Below, piece by piece: positions 12,171 through 25,810 of a stretch of 64,000 bases of DNA. Both the position numbers and the translations under genes were made by a program. This DNA comes from the human T2T-CHM13v2.0 reference genome, Homo sapiens. The first letter of the stretch is position 1; each line of letters begins with the position of its first letter. The notes beneath the pieces are model-generated. The model did not search any database and had not been told where the DNA came from. It saw only the letters and a list, made by a program, of their open reading frames with translations. The DNA lies in the NCBI RefSeq assembly GCF_009914755.1, contig NC_060928.1. One strand, 5' to 3'.

Positions 12171-13629
12171 GAGTTTAACTTCTATTTGCTTTCCATAAAG
12201 CTTCAAATAATACATCTGAAAAGAAATTTAAAGTTGATTAAAATATGTAGCAAATTTGAATTTTCATAAAGTTACACTTTTTTTCTGGCATCAGTCACTC
12301 ACTATATTTTTGACACTATCGTCTAAAAATATTTTGCATTTAACACATATATTTAAATTACTCTGGTGAACATTTGTAAAATGACTAAAATATGGTTCTC
12401 AGATTTAATCATGCAAATGCCCTTTTTCACATGGAAATGTGGATTGAGGCAGCTAAAAATTTTAGTAGAAGTATGGAACCTTTAGTTGTAATCATAATTA
12501 CAAATAGTTTTGTTGCCAGTCATCACGCATCTGATTATTTAAATAAGATGGGATGGACTTTCTGACTGAAAAGTGCCAGCTGCTGAAAAAGCATTAGACT
12601 TTCAATAATTTAAGGTATACACAAAATGTCTGAAAATGGTTAAAAACAGAACCATCTTAAATTTAGAAAGTCAATTAAAATGTGTTTTAGAATAAAGCTT
12701 TATAACACATCCCTGTTTCTAAGGTCATTTCTATGGATGAACAAACTCATGAGAAGGCGTGAATGAGGCCCCCACAGCAGGATATAAAGCTAATCTTTTC
12801 TGATATTCTTAAAGATTTCTATAACTTTTATTTTCTGTAGTCTTTTTGTTGGGTGCAGTGTGTGCATGCATGCATACACGTGCATTTTAAGATAAGGCAA
12901 ACCCATACTTCAGGCATAAAAGAAATGGAAGGTTTGAAACAGTGTCAAAGTGGTTCAGCATAGCTGGAGGCTACCTGAAATCTTAGGAGGATTTGGATAA
13001 AAATATTTCCAGCTCAGTTTGATAGAATTCTGAAGACAGAAATTGCATCAGAACTTTTGAACCCAAGGCTTTGTTCCCACTGACTGCCCTCTTTGGGGCT
13101 GCAATGGGCAAAAGTAAAAGTATTTAGCACATCCAAAGTAGCTCACTTCCGTATGTCACATATTTTTCTCAGCCTTCATTATTGCTGCTTATGATTTCTT
13201 CAAGTCTCTTTTGCTTGATAATTGTTTAGGATGAAATCTCTTCATTCCCCTTTCTAACCTCACTGTTGAAAGATATCTAGAAGGCCCACTGGATGTGGGT
13301 TATTATTTCATAGTCTTCTGTCTCCTCTGTTGTTCCCCACTACTTATAAAGTAAAATAATTGAATGAAATTCTTTAGGTTAGCATTCATTATTTTCCTAG
13401 TCTTTGCCCAACATCATGATTCTTCTTTATAAACCCTCTGCTTCAGTTAGATGGTCTAACTATTGTTTCTCCCAAGTCCTGGCCTCTTCACACCACTATC
13501 TTATTAGAGAGAAGCTGTCTAAATTGTTCTCCACTCTCAAAATACCACATCATCTTTAAAAACTCCATAAAACTGTCATGACCTATTAGCATCTACTTGA
13601 CACTTCTTTCTAAGTTCTCAGAGGAATGT

Positions 13630-13865
13630 GTTATACAATGTTTAAGAAGAAGAGTCTAGATCAGGCTGCCTACACTCTAAACCGGCTAGGCTAGGGATTA
13701 AAGTGACCTAAGCAAGAACTTCAAGCTCATTTGGACCTCTGATTCATCATTTACATAATTGCAAATCCTACCTCAAAGGATAATTGTAAAGATTTAGTAT
13801 TATAATAATCAATGTGAAAGCTCAGTGACCAGCACATTATAAGCACTCAATATTAACTCTTATTT
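13630..13865 (+). mobile_element. MIR SINE
   Basis: gtgacctaagcaag...acctctgattcatcattt...cctacctcaaaggataattgtaaagattt...aagcactcaata matches MIR core and tail. Confidence 0.75.
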
Positions 13866-16800
13866 TTGCTTGGTATCTTTATCATGCCTTCCCTGTGACA
13901 GCTCTTATTACCTAACCAACTGCAATGAAAACAGCAATTCCTGGTCTTAGTGGGTTTAGTTTTTCCTCACCAAAGCATCTAGTACAATATTCAGCACTCT
14001 TTAGCTGCTGATAGCTCAACCTTATTCAATGAATGTGATTCAGAATATATATTTAAAAACTTCTTTTTAAATGTGGAACTCTAAGACAATAAAATACCTG
14101 AGGAAAGTATAATTTACTTTCAAATAACAACAGAATACTTCCTGTACATGTGGCAACAAACCAGTGCCTGACAAATAGTTTAAAAACTATAAGAGTAATA
14201 CAAGTAAACATTGGTGAAAAGTTAATTCCAAGAGTCATTCTCAACTTAGTAAGAAAAGTATAATGTTTATTTATGTTCTGGCAAATTAGATGTAATATGA
14301 AGAAGAGGCATTGGTATAATTTTTTAAAGATGACAGAATTCCAATTTTTTTTTTATAGACAGCATGATTTTCTACTTGGAATCTTCAGAGAATAAAGAGA
14401 GTTAATAAAGAGTTTAAGGGAGTGCCTATATATAACATAAATATGTCTAACTCAATAGTTTTCCTGTGTACCAGCAATGACCAATTATAAAATACAATGG
14501 GAGAAAAAAATAATGCATGTATTATGTATCAGAAGTTATTTCACTCTTCTGAAGTTATACTTTTATTTTCTATATTTATATTTTCTATATTATATTTTTA
14601 TATTATATTGTATATTCTGGTTTTTCTATAAAATATCATGACTACATTTTATTTTATTAATATAAAATAATGGTGGTTTTTAAAAAATGGGAGAGTAAAT
14701 GTTGATGATTCAATTTGACAGTAATAGCTGATTTTGAAACTTCCGTATTGTCTCCATGCTTAAAAGTGTGATTCTTCAACAAGTTTAGAGCAATCCAGTA
14801 CATAATAGGATAGTCAGTTTTGCTTAAACTAATTAAAAATTCAGCTTTTATGCAATATATCCCTGCATACATTATGAAATCCCCATATTTTCAAATACCG
14901 TCACTTCCTTACATACATTTACTTTCTACAGCTGTTACATTATTAGTAATGAATTTCTTCCCCCCACAGAAACTAAACAAGCTTTTGGGCTGGTCATTCC
15001 CCTGTTATGGCCAGTCCCAGCTTCTAAACCCTTCCTGTGATGCTGAGGCTTCATCTCTACAATTTTCCTGGACTCCCTTCTCAGCTAAGGTCTCGTTAGG
15101 TACTGATAGTGGGAGAAATAGTCTGTACATTGAGGGCAGGAAGAAGGTAGAAGGTACTTTTTTCCTATTCCAGATCCTGCAGCAAAGAACAACTATGATT
15201 CAAATGCCAACTTTTTTGGCATTCCCAGCCACAATCCCTCAGACGTACAACGTTAGATAGCTGCATCCATCGTGGTGACCTAAGTATCAGTTCTACTACA
15301 CCCCATCTGTTAAACTTATGTCTCAGAAAAATTACAATCTGCTTCAGTCCACAGACTTTTGTGATCACTTTGATAATCAAAATAGATCTATTGAAATGCC
15401 AAGCATCTTTTGTATTCCAATAGAGAATTATGAGTGCTATGTTTCTTTTCACTTTTATGAAATTAATGAGGGGCTACATATTCCTAATAGATTCTTATAT
15501 TGTCAAATAGAAGTTATCCAACTAACAATCTGGAATATGTAGCCAGAAATAAATTTCTACCAAAGTTTTAAGATGTAAATGCTTTTGAACTACATCTGTA
15601 AAATTAGAAACAACAAATAATCATATCCATAATATTATTTTCATACTTCTAAGTATGAATAGACATATAAATTTTCACAGGCTTTTAGCTATATGTCAAC
15701 TTTGTTTTTAAGAACTGACTTTACCTCTGCTTTGTATTTTGTATTTTGTCTAAGACTCAAGACCTCATCAATCTTTCTCTCTTTTGTCTTACTTCTTTTC
15801 TAATTTACCTCAAGCCTTATCCCCTCAACTATGTATTTTTATTCATAGAATTACCGATAATAATAAATGATTCAAAGTAACTTGAAGGATTTTTTATGTT
15901 TTGCTTTCCTTGCTTATATACAAAAGAAGAAATTGTTATTCCATCCATGAAAATAACTTTTACTAAAATAAAGCAATTAATGTAAGTAACAGGGGTTACA
16001 TATTCAAACTAGCAGATAATATATATTTTGGCCTAAGGGTAAACTTTCTATTCACACTAAAATATAAATTTATTTGTTTTTATGCTGATTGCAATCTTTC
16101 CAAAATAAAAAAACAACACTGTGAAAAACAGTTTAGAAGGAACTGAAAACTTGTCTCTATCCTGCTTAATTTATTGCTATTTTTCCACTTCATAATGCAG
16201 GTGGAGAAATGATGTTGTATTCTTAACCTGGAGACCAATATTAACATTTGCATTTTTCCTATATTTCCTTGGGGAGTGGAGAATTTACTGATGAGCAAAG
16301 CAAAATTGTACTTGTAACTATAGAGATCCTCACTTAGATTAATCCTAATATAAATCTTTAAGGAAAAACAAAGATTTTTCTTTATCTTTGAGAGTTTGAG
16401 GCTTTGTTTTGAATTCTGCATTTAAAATGGATTGTCTATTTATATACAATCGAAAAATAACTGCAATGTTAATATCTTTTCCCTTCAGAGTGATCAAAGC
16501 CAATTGGTCTAAATGTATAATAACAAAAATCAGTTTTGATAGTGATAGATAGGATTGCCCTTACCACGTAGAAATGTAGAAGCATAATATGATTTTTGGA
16601 GGTCTCCAGTATGCGTTTTTTATCTGTTTTTCAATCTTATGGATGTTCCCAAATGAATAGTCTATTGTTTAGCTACACAAAGGGGACCATTCCATTCGAC
16701 ATACAAGGTGATCAGTCAGAGCCTCAAGTGGGAGAGTTCATTACCTGGAGCTTGGCATGAATAATGATGAATGCCATTAGTCATCATAGAAATTTCCAAC

Positions 16801-17234
16801 AGCTTTCAAAATTCTAGCCATAGTATTTGATTCCATGACCTCTTGTGACAATGAACCCCACAGGCTAGCTGCATACTGTGTAATGAAATATTTTTTCATT
16901 TAATCTATATTAATATACCATTAATTTCACACATATTGGAGGACAATACACACATAAAACAACTGTTAGAACTTCCCAGTGATTTTCTGTATATACGGTC
17001 TTGATGGAAAATAAAACATGGTTCTTTCCCGAAATACTTTTTAATAGGAAGATTATTCTATTTCCTCTGGGCTAAGACCAGGCTTTCTTAGCTTTTAAAA
17101 TAGGTCTTACATATCTATACTATATTTATGTTACACTAAAACACCCTTTTAGTATTTATAGACTGATATAAATAGTTATAAGACAATCTTTTCACAAAAT
17201 ATGAGCAACATTTTTGCAACCATGACATGATAGT

Positions 17235-17693
17235 GTGGACCATATTTGGCAAATATTCAGTCCCCTCTTCTTTCACTGTTGAGTGTACTTCCCTGATCCA
17301 TTGATGTTTAGCTTGGCCATGTGACTTGCTTTAGCCAATGGGATGATTAGCAGAGGTGATACAAGTGGGGTCTTCAAATGTACTTGTCCAGTATGGCTTG
17401 GTTCCTTCCCACCCATGATCTACCATGAGAAGAGCAGGTCTCGGGAGCCACTGCCTTCTCACATTAGGCCCCAGATCAAGTATATGTGGAACTAAACTGA
17501 ACTGAACTGTAGTCTGGAGCCAAACTGAGCTGACCCTCAGCCTGAACCAGAACTAGCCAACCCACCAAGCCTAGATCAGTTCAACTGCCATCAAACCTCA
17601 GACCCGGAGGCATGAGCATAAATGCTTGTTGTTGTAAGCCACTGAGGTTTTGGATGGTTTGCTAAAAGGCATTATTGAAGCAGTAAACTGACA
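17235..17693 (+). mobile_element. MLT1 (MLT1H/I-like) MaLR solo LTR
   Basis: cttggccatgtgacttgctttagccaatgg and the terminal ataaatgcttgttgttgtaagccactgaggttttggatggtttg are MLT1 hallmarks. Confidence 0.85.
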
Positions 17694-18304
17694 GGTAAAC
17701 CATGGAGAACAAACTGTTCTAGATTAATCAGTGATTCTGAAGTTATTCTACGTTTACTTGCCAGCTCTGACATGGAAGGGAAACCTCACTAGGAACAGGG
17801 CATTTCCAGTTTTAGCTGCTTACATTAGAATGAATTTCAATCATATTTTCTAGAAACAACAGGTTAGGAAATTACATAGTTAATGCATGAATTGTACTTT
17901 AAAAGATTTGCCACTATTTTGGGACAGGAAATAAGAGATAAATACGGACAGAAAAATGATATATATCTATCTTCTGTTAGACATTTGTGGTGTTCTAGAT
18001 TCTTCCCAAATTGATTCTGATTTTTTAAAAAAAATTCTGATTAAAGTAATATATTTTCCAAGTTCCCTGCACATAAAAAAAAAAACTGATTTCTCTCCTT
18101 GCTTAGGCAAATCACACTGTACTATGTTAAATCTGTCATTTGTAAAGAAATATACATACAGCCTTAAATTTTTTCTCATGTGTCTTTTCAGGTCATACAA
18201 GCAGTATTTATTATGAAAGAAAAAAGGAAGATAAGAATGGCATGAAGGAAGAGCATGATACAAGTGTCGCAATGTTCTTTACCTTATTCAATTTCCAAAT
18301 TTCT

Positions 18305-18433
18305 GTTGAGAACATTAGAAAAGGTAATATTTTTAGAAATAGGTAATATTTTTAGAATAGGTAATATATTTAGAGGTAGGTAATACTTTTAGAATAGGTA
18401 ATATTTTGTTGAGAACATTAAAATAGGTAATAT
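18305..18433. repeat. Minisatellite, ~18-19-bp unit (aggtaatatttttagaat) x~6
   Basis: aggtaata recurs six times; tgttgagaacatta occurs twice (at ~18304 and ~18407). Confidence 0.88.
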
Positions 18434-18449
18434 AATAACTTTTTTGGTA

Positions 18450-18503
18450 TTAGGTTGGTGCAAAAGTAACTGTGGCTTTTGCCATTAAAACTAATGGCAA
18501 AAC
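18450..18503. mobile_element. Made1 (Hsmar1-derived MITE), right arm truncated
   Basis: TA|ttaggttggtgcaaaagtaactgtggcttttgccattaaaactaatggcaaaac. Confidence 0.9.
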
Positions 18504-19544
18504 AAAAGAAGACTTAGAAAATTAGTGAGTCATGGAGTTTTAAAATAACACAGCTGTTCCTTGAAGTTAGCTCCCCGATCCTATTGTTTTAAATTCTGAA
18601 AACCAGTTTTCATAATAAATGGTAGTATACTTATCTCAATATATCATAGAATTCCCACCCTATAGGAGTTAAACAAGACCTTACTTAAGTCTGGTTCAGA
18701 TAGAAATTTCACACATATTTCATAAATTTTAAATTATAAAAATCTTTCCATATCCATTGCTGCCAATTCCAGTTCTCTTCCAAGATATTGTCAAATATCA
18801 AGTAGTCCTTTTGTCTCTTGCTGAATTCTTACACTGCAATATTCAACTCATTACCCTATCCTAGTGTTTCTACACTCCAGATGGCTCTTGAATCTAACAA
18901 TTTCTCTGCCTTTGTATTGCCCCTGACCTCTTCTGAATAAACATAATGTTTTATCTAAAACAAATTCAACGGCTTTGGCCCTGACATGAAACTCCCACCA
19001 TCCTGGTATCTCTGATGTAAGTTGGGACTTTTTTTTATCTCTCTGATCTCCCTCTGTTCAGTCTGTAGCACCAGACTGGGATTCTGGATCTAGGAATTAA
19101 AGAACTTATTTTGTTAGAAATAAGTTAGATTATTTATTAGGTTGTGTTAGAAATAGGGGGAAAAAGCAACAAACATTTTTCTCTCTCTCTCTTCTCACTA
19201 CTCACAACACAACACAGAATTATTCACTTCTGGTCACCAAAATGTATGGAGATTTATCCCTCCCATGCTCAAGAAATTCTCCAGTGGACTTCAGCTGGGT
19301 GTCCTAGAATTCAATTCAATTCTGACAGTATCTACCTGGAGATAGCATCAGATCCCACAGGTTAAGGACTGAGACCCACAAGACTGTCCTTACCTCAAAT
19401 GCCAGTCTCAAGTACAGTTGTGTGTCACATAATGACTGGGACCCATTCTGAGAAATGTGTCGTTAGGTGATTTCATCATTGTATGAACACCATAGAGTGT
19501 TTCATACAAACTAAGGTGATACAACCTAAACACTTAAGCTGTAT

Positions 19545-20079
19545 TGAGATAGGAATAATACAGGGTGGGCACAGGAGAACAGAAAATTCCAGGGAGCAGT
19601 TTCACATGACTAGTAAAAAGAAACTGTTGAAATAGCTGCAGAAGCTAGGGGCTGATATGACCCTAAAAAGACAGGGTGTGAGCCAAACTAGCTCAGATCC
19701 ACTGGACCCAATATCTTTCTGGATTTGACCTTAGAGGACCTCATTATACGCTCATTAACATACTGAATCACACACCCATCAGCACCATGACAGTTCCAAG
19801 AAATCTTCACCTTTTTCCGGGAACCTTCATGAATATTCCTTTAGTTAAAGAAACTCATAAAGATAGAAGCTCCTAACCCTGTTGTGTGACACTTTCTTGA
19901 GAACATCCATACTCCCCATTCTTGAGTGTGTACTTTTCACTTTGTAATAAATCTCTGTACTTTCACTATTTTCCAAATTGTCCTTTAATTCCTTCTTGCG
20001 ATGATGTCAGGAGCCTGGGTACAAGCTGGGGTTGAGGTCCCACTGCTGTTTGGGGACCTCCCCCAGCCCACTGGTATCA
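19545..20079 (+). mobile_element. MER41-family ERV1 solo LTR (MER41C/D/E-like)
   Basis: TG...CA ends; near-TSD GTAT/ATAT; ctcattatacgctcattaacat...cacccatcagcaccatgacagtt motif shared with MER41; AATAAA at ~19946. Confidence 0.78.
19794..19823. promoter_or_regulatory. Two GAS (STAT) motifs: TTCCAAGAA (19794-19802) and TTCCGGGAA (19815-19823)
   Basis: Exact TTC-N3-GAA matches inside the MER41-family LTR; binding is not shown by sequence. Confidence 0.4.
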
Positions 20080-21288
20080 ATATGGTATAGCCTTTTATTG
20101 CTCCTAGGCTACATATCTGTACAGCATGTTATTCTACTGAATATTGTAGGCAGTTGTAACACAATGCTAAGTATTTATTGAAACAGATCTAAACATAAAA
20201 AAGATAATGTGTTGTGCTATGACAATATCAGGAAGTCACTAGGCCACTAGGGTGACATTTTTCAGCACCATGATGGGGCCACCATCGCATATGCACTCTG
20301 TTATTGATGGAGATGAACTTATGTGGTGCATGATTGTAGTAGGTTGTCACTGATACTTCTGACTAGCTGGCTATAAATCAGGGGTTCCCACAAACCCCTC
20401 CTCGAGTTCTATTAATTGCTAGAGCAGCTCACAGAACTCAGGAAAGCACTTTACTTAGGTTTACACATTTATTATAAAGCATATTACAAAGGATATAGAT
20501 GAAGAGCAAGATGGGAGAAATGCATGGGACAAGGCACAGGGGATAGGCATGGAGCTTCTATGCCCTCTCCTAGTGGCCTCTCTCTAGGAACTTTCACACA
20601 GTCAACTATCTAGAAGCTCCTGGAACCCAGTCCTTTTGGGTTTTTATGGAGGCTTCATTATGTAGGCATGATTTATTAAATGGTTGTTCATTGATGATCA
20701 ATCTCCCCTCCCTGAAAATTGAAGGTGGGGCTGAAAGTCCCAACCTTCTAATCACACCTTGAACTGATTAGCATGCAAAAGACACTTTAATCACTTCAGA
20801 GATTCCAAGAAATTTTGGAGCTATACACCAGAAGGCCAAATACATATTTCACAATATCACAGTTTGCTATTTCTTATTATGGTCTTCCTTAAATTATTTT
20901 TCTGGGTACTTCATGGTTTAGCCCATTTAAATTTCCCCCAGTATTTTTGAAATGAAAACTAAAGCAAAACAAATAAACAAACAAAAAAGATAAGAATGAG
21001 AAGGCAAAAATGCAAGAAAGAAATCAACAAAATGAAAAGTAAAAATTCCTTTACTTACCTAAACAAACTCCTGAAACAGCCATAGAAGTAGTTACTGTTG
21101 CTCTCTGATGTCCAAGTGTGAGTGATCTGAGGAACAAGTTTTTTAAGACTTGTAGTCTGTAGCACCTATTGGACGGGATGCTGAAAGTTGGGAACTCCAT
21201 ATCATTGCAGCCTTTCTACTTACTTCCCCAGGACTCAGAAAGTAGAGGAAGATTGGTCTCTGGAAGACATAGGAATCAGTGTGAATAC

Positions 21289-21915
21289 TGAAAGGGCACA
21301 GGGAACTTCACCCCAAAACATGGCTCCCTTGTATAATGAGTATTTTGAATTAAAGGCCCTTAGAGATCAACAGATGCTGGAAAAGACTTTTTCTCTCTCT
21401 ACGTAAAGAGACCAGAGGGACCCACTAAGAATAATAATCATTTTTGCTTCCCCTTTCCCACCTCTCCCAAAGACAGGATGAAGTTGTTTGTTGTAGTTTC
21501 TTTACTTGCCTAAACTCTGGACCTACCAAAGAAGAAAGTAATGACTTCTCCTCCCTTCCTTGAGATTTCATTAACTGAACTCATATTCCAGGAAGAAAGG
21601 CTGAAGTTTGTCAACAAACCAAAAGAGACTATTGTCACAAAGCATTGGCCACTCTGCAGGCCCAACAGAATTTTCCCCAGACCACTGAATGCTTTCAAGC
21701 ATATTTAATTATCCTAAAAATCATTTACTACCCTCCTAAAATCATCCACACTTTCAGCAGCTGTACCCTTTGGGATACTGGGCAACTGTCTGTGATTCTA
21801 CCCCATGCACATTAATGAATTTTTATGGCTTTTTTCTAATTAATCTGCCTTTTGTGAGTTGGTTTTTCAGTGAAACTTCTGAGGGTGAAAGGGAAGTTTT
21901 TCCTTCATCTCTACA
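21289..21915 (+). mobile_element. MER34/MER39-group ERV1 solo LTR
   Basis: tgaaagggcacagggaacttcaccccaaaacatggctccc...gagtattttgaattaaaggcc start, aatctgccttttgtgagttggtttttcagtgaaac...gggaagtttttcc...ctaca end; near-TSD ATAC/ATAA. Confidence 0.8.
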
Positions 21916-22039
21916 ATAATGTACCTAGGGATAAGCACTGTTAACATTATGGTTTCCTGTGTATATGCCCAGATCATTCTGTATATGAACCTGTAGGATT
22001 TTTTTAAATACAAATTTTAAATAAACAATAACAACAAAA

Positions 22040-22859
22040 TGATATGGACAGGAGGCAGGGAAATACTGGGTAGAAGAGAATCGTTCCTGGTGAGGGTCAC
22101 ACCCTCAAGCCTGGTGTGAACCCTGATTTGGACTCACAGTCCAAAGTGACAACAGGCATTCATGTTTTCCCACCTGAATATTGCCTTTTCCAAAACCACC
22201 CTGGTCCGTCCCAACCCCCATCCTGTACCCATAAAATCCCCAGGCCTCTCTGGCAGAGTGGCAGAGAAGGGGAGAAGAGAAGAAGCAACCAGACATCAGA
22301 GAGAAGCAGCTTGACTTTAGAGAGATGGCTTGATGGCAGAACTTCAGAGAAGAGTTCAGTTGAGTATGGCCAAACTTCAGGGGAAGACTACCTTCCCACT
22401 CCATCTCCTTTCCAGCTCCCCTTCCTGCTGAGAGCCACTTCCACTGCTCAATAAAATCCTCCACATTTAACATCCTTCAATCCATTCATGTGACCTGATT
22501 CTTCCTGGATGCTGGACAAGAACTTGGGTACCAAGAGGGCAGGTGCAAAAAGGCTGTCACCCTGACCCTCCACTGAGCTCTGAAACACTTAAGCCATCCA
22601 CGGACAGCAAAGCTAAAAGAGCACACTGTAACACACATGCCCTCTGGGGCTCCCGGGGTCATGGGTACCCCCTCCAGATGGTGCCCCAGGGCTGCACAGA
22701 GTTCTACTCCTGCCAGTGCCCAGAAGCACATGTCCTGGCCCCTGTACCTGCTCACCTGTGTGTTCCTGGTCCTGTGAGGGGTTGACAACTGTGGGCTGAG
22801 TAAGCAAACCAGCCCCTTTGTGAATCCCATGAAGGGGTCAAGGAAATTATCTTGTTTCA
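22040..22859 (+). mobile_element. MER50-family ERV1 solo LTR
   Basis: Starts tgatatggacaggaggcagggaaatactgggtagaagag; AATAAA at ~22450; homologous to the inverted copy at 37285-38055. Confidence 0.88.
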
Positions 22860-23771
22860 TCAACACATCTTATATTTATATGCCAGAAAAGAAACAAAAA
22901 CACATTGAGATAAGCAGAGTCCCAGAAAAAGAAAAAGCCAATGGCTTTCCAGGATTTCACTCCTGAAGAACAAAGGGGCTCAGATAACCCCTGTGAGGGA
23001 CCACATGGCTAGGGATCTGGAACCAGGGTTAGTCCACAAAAGTGGATTTGAGGCAGGACTTCTCAATGTGCACCAGAGGTGAGAAGAACTGGGATAACTG
23101 CCTGGAGTGGTGGCCTTTGAAGAGGCCCTTGCCTGGAGAGAACTTGAGAACAGAAAAGGCGCATACTGAGAGCCAGGGCTACCGTGTAACTGGCTAGGAT
23201 TTCTACGAGCTAGAAAGTCTGAAATGAACAGCATAAAATGTTATTTGGAATTGAGTGACCCCAAAATCTTAAGTTGAAGGAACCATAAAATACTCAGACT
23301 TGGGAGAAGGGAAAAGTGAAAGAAAAATAAATTTCAAAATAAACAAAAACCCAATTTCCACTTAAAACAAATTTACATATGAACATTTCAAAAGCGAGGT
23401 ACAAAATTAACTTAAAATTATAGCTCACAATAAATGTGTGAAGAAATACTCAGAGCAATGAAAAAGAAAGTAAATAATTAAGGTAAGCACAGTTTAAGAT
23501 CCTCAGGAGGTTGTGAAATAAAACCTCTTCATTAGTCAAGAACAAGTTGAAATAAAAATTAAACAACTAGAAATATTCAAAATTCAATATTAATATATAC
23601 CTTTAACATAACACAAAGAGATATTAAGTAAACTGGCAGACAGTAATCAGTATAGCAACTAATAGGCCAGAAAATAAAGATTCTATAGAGGTACACGATA
23701 TTTGAATGATACAATTAATATTCTTGATTTCCTAAAAATTCTAGAGGTAGCTTATGATAAAGATAATATAT

Positions 23772-24948
<1,177 letters not shown>

Positions 24949-25006
24949 ATAATATTTTAAAATACAAGCAGATTGGGCAGCCACTTTCCTTAAAATCCTA
25001 GAATTG

Positions 25007-25365
25007 TGTCTTAGTTTGCTTCGGCTGCTATAACAAAATACCATAAACTAGGTAGTTTATAAACAACAGAAATATATATATTTCTCACAATCTGGAAGCT
25101 GGGAAGTTTAAGATCAAGGCAGAGTCACTGTCTGCTGAGGGATCATTTCCTCATAGACAACCATCTTCTCACTGTAACCTCACATGACTGAATGGATAAG
25201 GGATATCTGCGGGGTCTCTTTTATAAGGGCACTAATCCCATTCATGAGAGCTATGCCCTCATGACCTAATCATCCCCAAAAGCCCCATATTCAAATATCA
25301 TCTCTTTGGGGTTTTGGAGTTCAATATGTGAATTTTAGGAGGACACAAATACTCAGAGCATGACA
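25007..25365 (-). mobile_element. MLT1A/MLT1A0 MaLR solo LTR
   Basis: tgtcttagtttgcttcggctgctataacaaaataccataaactagg...ttttataagggcactaatcccattcatgag...gacacaaatactcagagcatgaca. Confidence 0.88.
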
Positions 25366-25499
25366 TGTGGCTTCCCATAGCAGTAGAATAACAACCTTGT
25401 GTTTCGCTGCGTGTGCTGCATGATGTGGCTCTGCTGGCCTCTGAGTCTCTCTCTCACATTCTATGCTCCCCATCCAATGTCCTTTCATAGTCTCAACTC

Positions 25500-25810
25500 T
25501 CAAGCTCCTCCTGCCTCAAGGCATCCACAGCAGCTGCTACCTCTGAGCTTAAAGATCTTCAGCCACCGTCAAATTATTGGCTCCTTATCCATTAAGCCTC
25601 AGCTTAAATGCCATTTGTCTGCTTTTTTCCTTTAGAGCACTCACAAATATTTTATATTATGTATTTGTCTATCAGTTTACTTGCTTAACTACTATCTTGT
25701 CTACTAGACCAGGTACCAGCTAGGAGATCGCTCTTCTCTCAGTTTTGAGTGAACACTAAGGACCCAGAATTGTACCTGTCATCTCTTGGGTGCTAATCAA
25801 ATATTTGCAA
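25500..25810 (+). mobile_element. L2 fragment
   Basis: cctgcctcaaggc...ggctccttatccattaagcctcagcttaaatgccat...gtgctaatcaaatatttg. Confidence 0.55.

Larger units (their letters stand above)
19415..20336. mobile_element. Tigger3a/MER7-type non-autonomous DNA transposon, split by an LTR (pieces 19415-19544 and 20080-20336)
   Basis: TA flanks at 19413-19414 and 20337-20338; ttctgagaaatgtgtcgttaggtgatttcatcattg...tatggtatagcc...ctcctaggctac...tgtacagcatgtta. Confidence 0.88.
19145..20861 (-). mobile_element. MER21-family LTR, split by a Tigger3 insertion (pieces 19145-19414 and 20337-20861)
   Basis: gctgggtgtcctagaattcaattcaattctgacagtatctacctggagatagcatcagatcccacagg and ggctataaatcaggggttccc...gctcacagaactcagg; near-TSD GGTTG/GTTTG. 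Confidence 0.85.

Noticed and set aside
18165-18260. Strong-looking plus-strand splice acceptor (ttttttctcatgtgtcttttcag)
   Set aside because: No paired donor or open frame; such tracts are common in AT-rich DNA.
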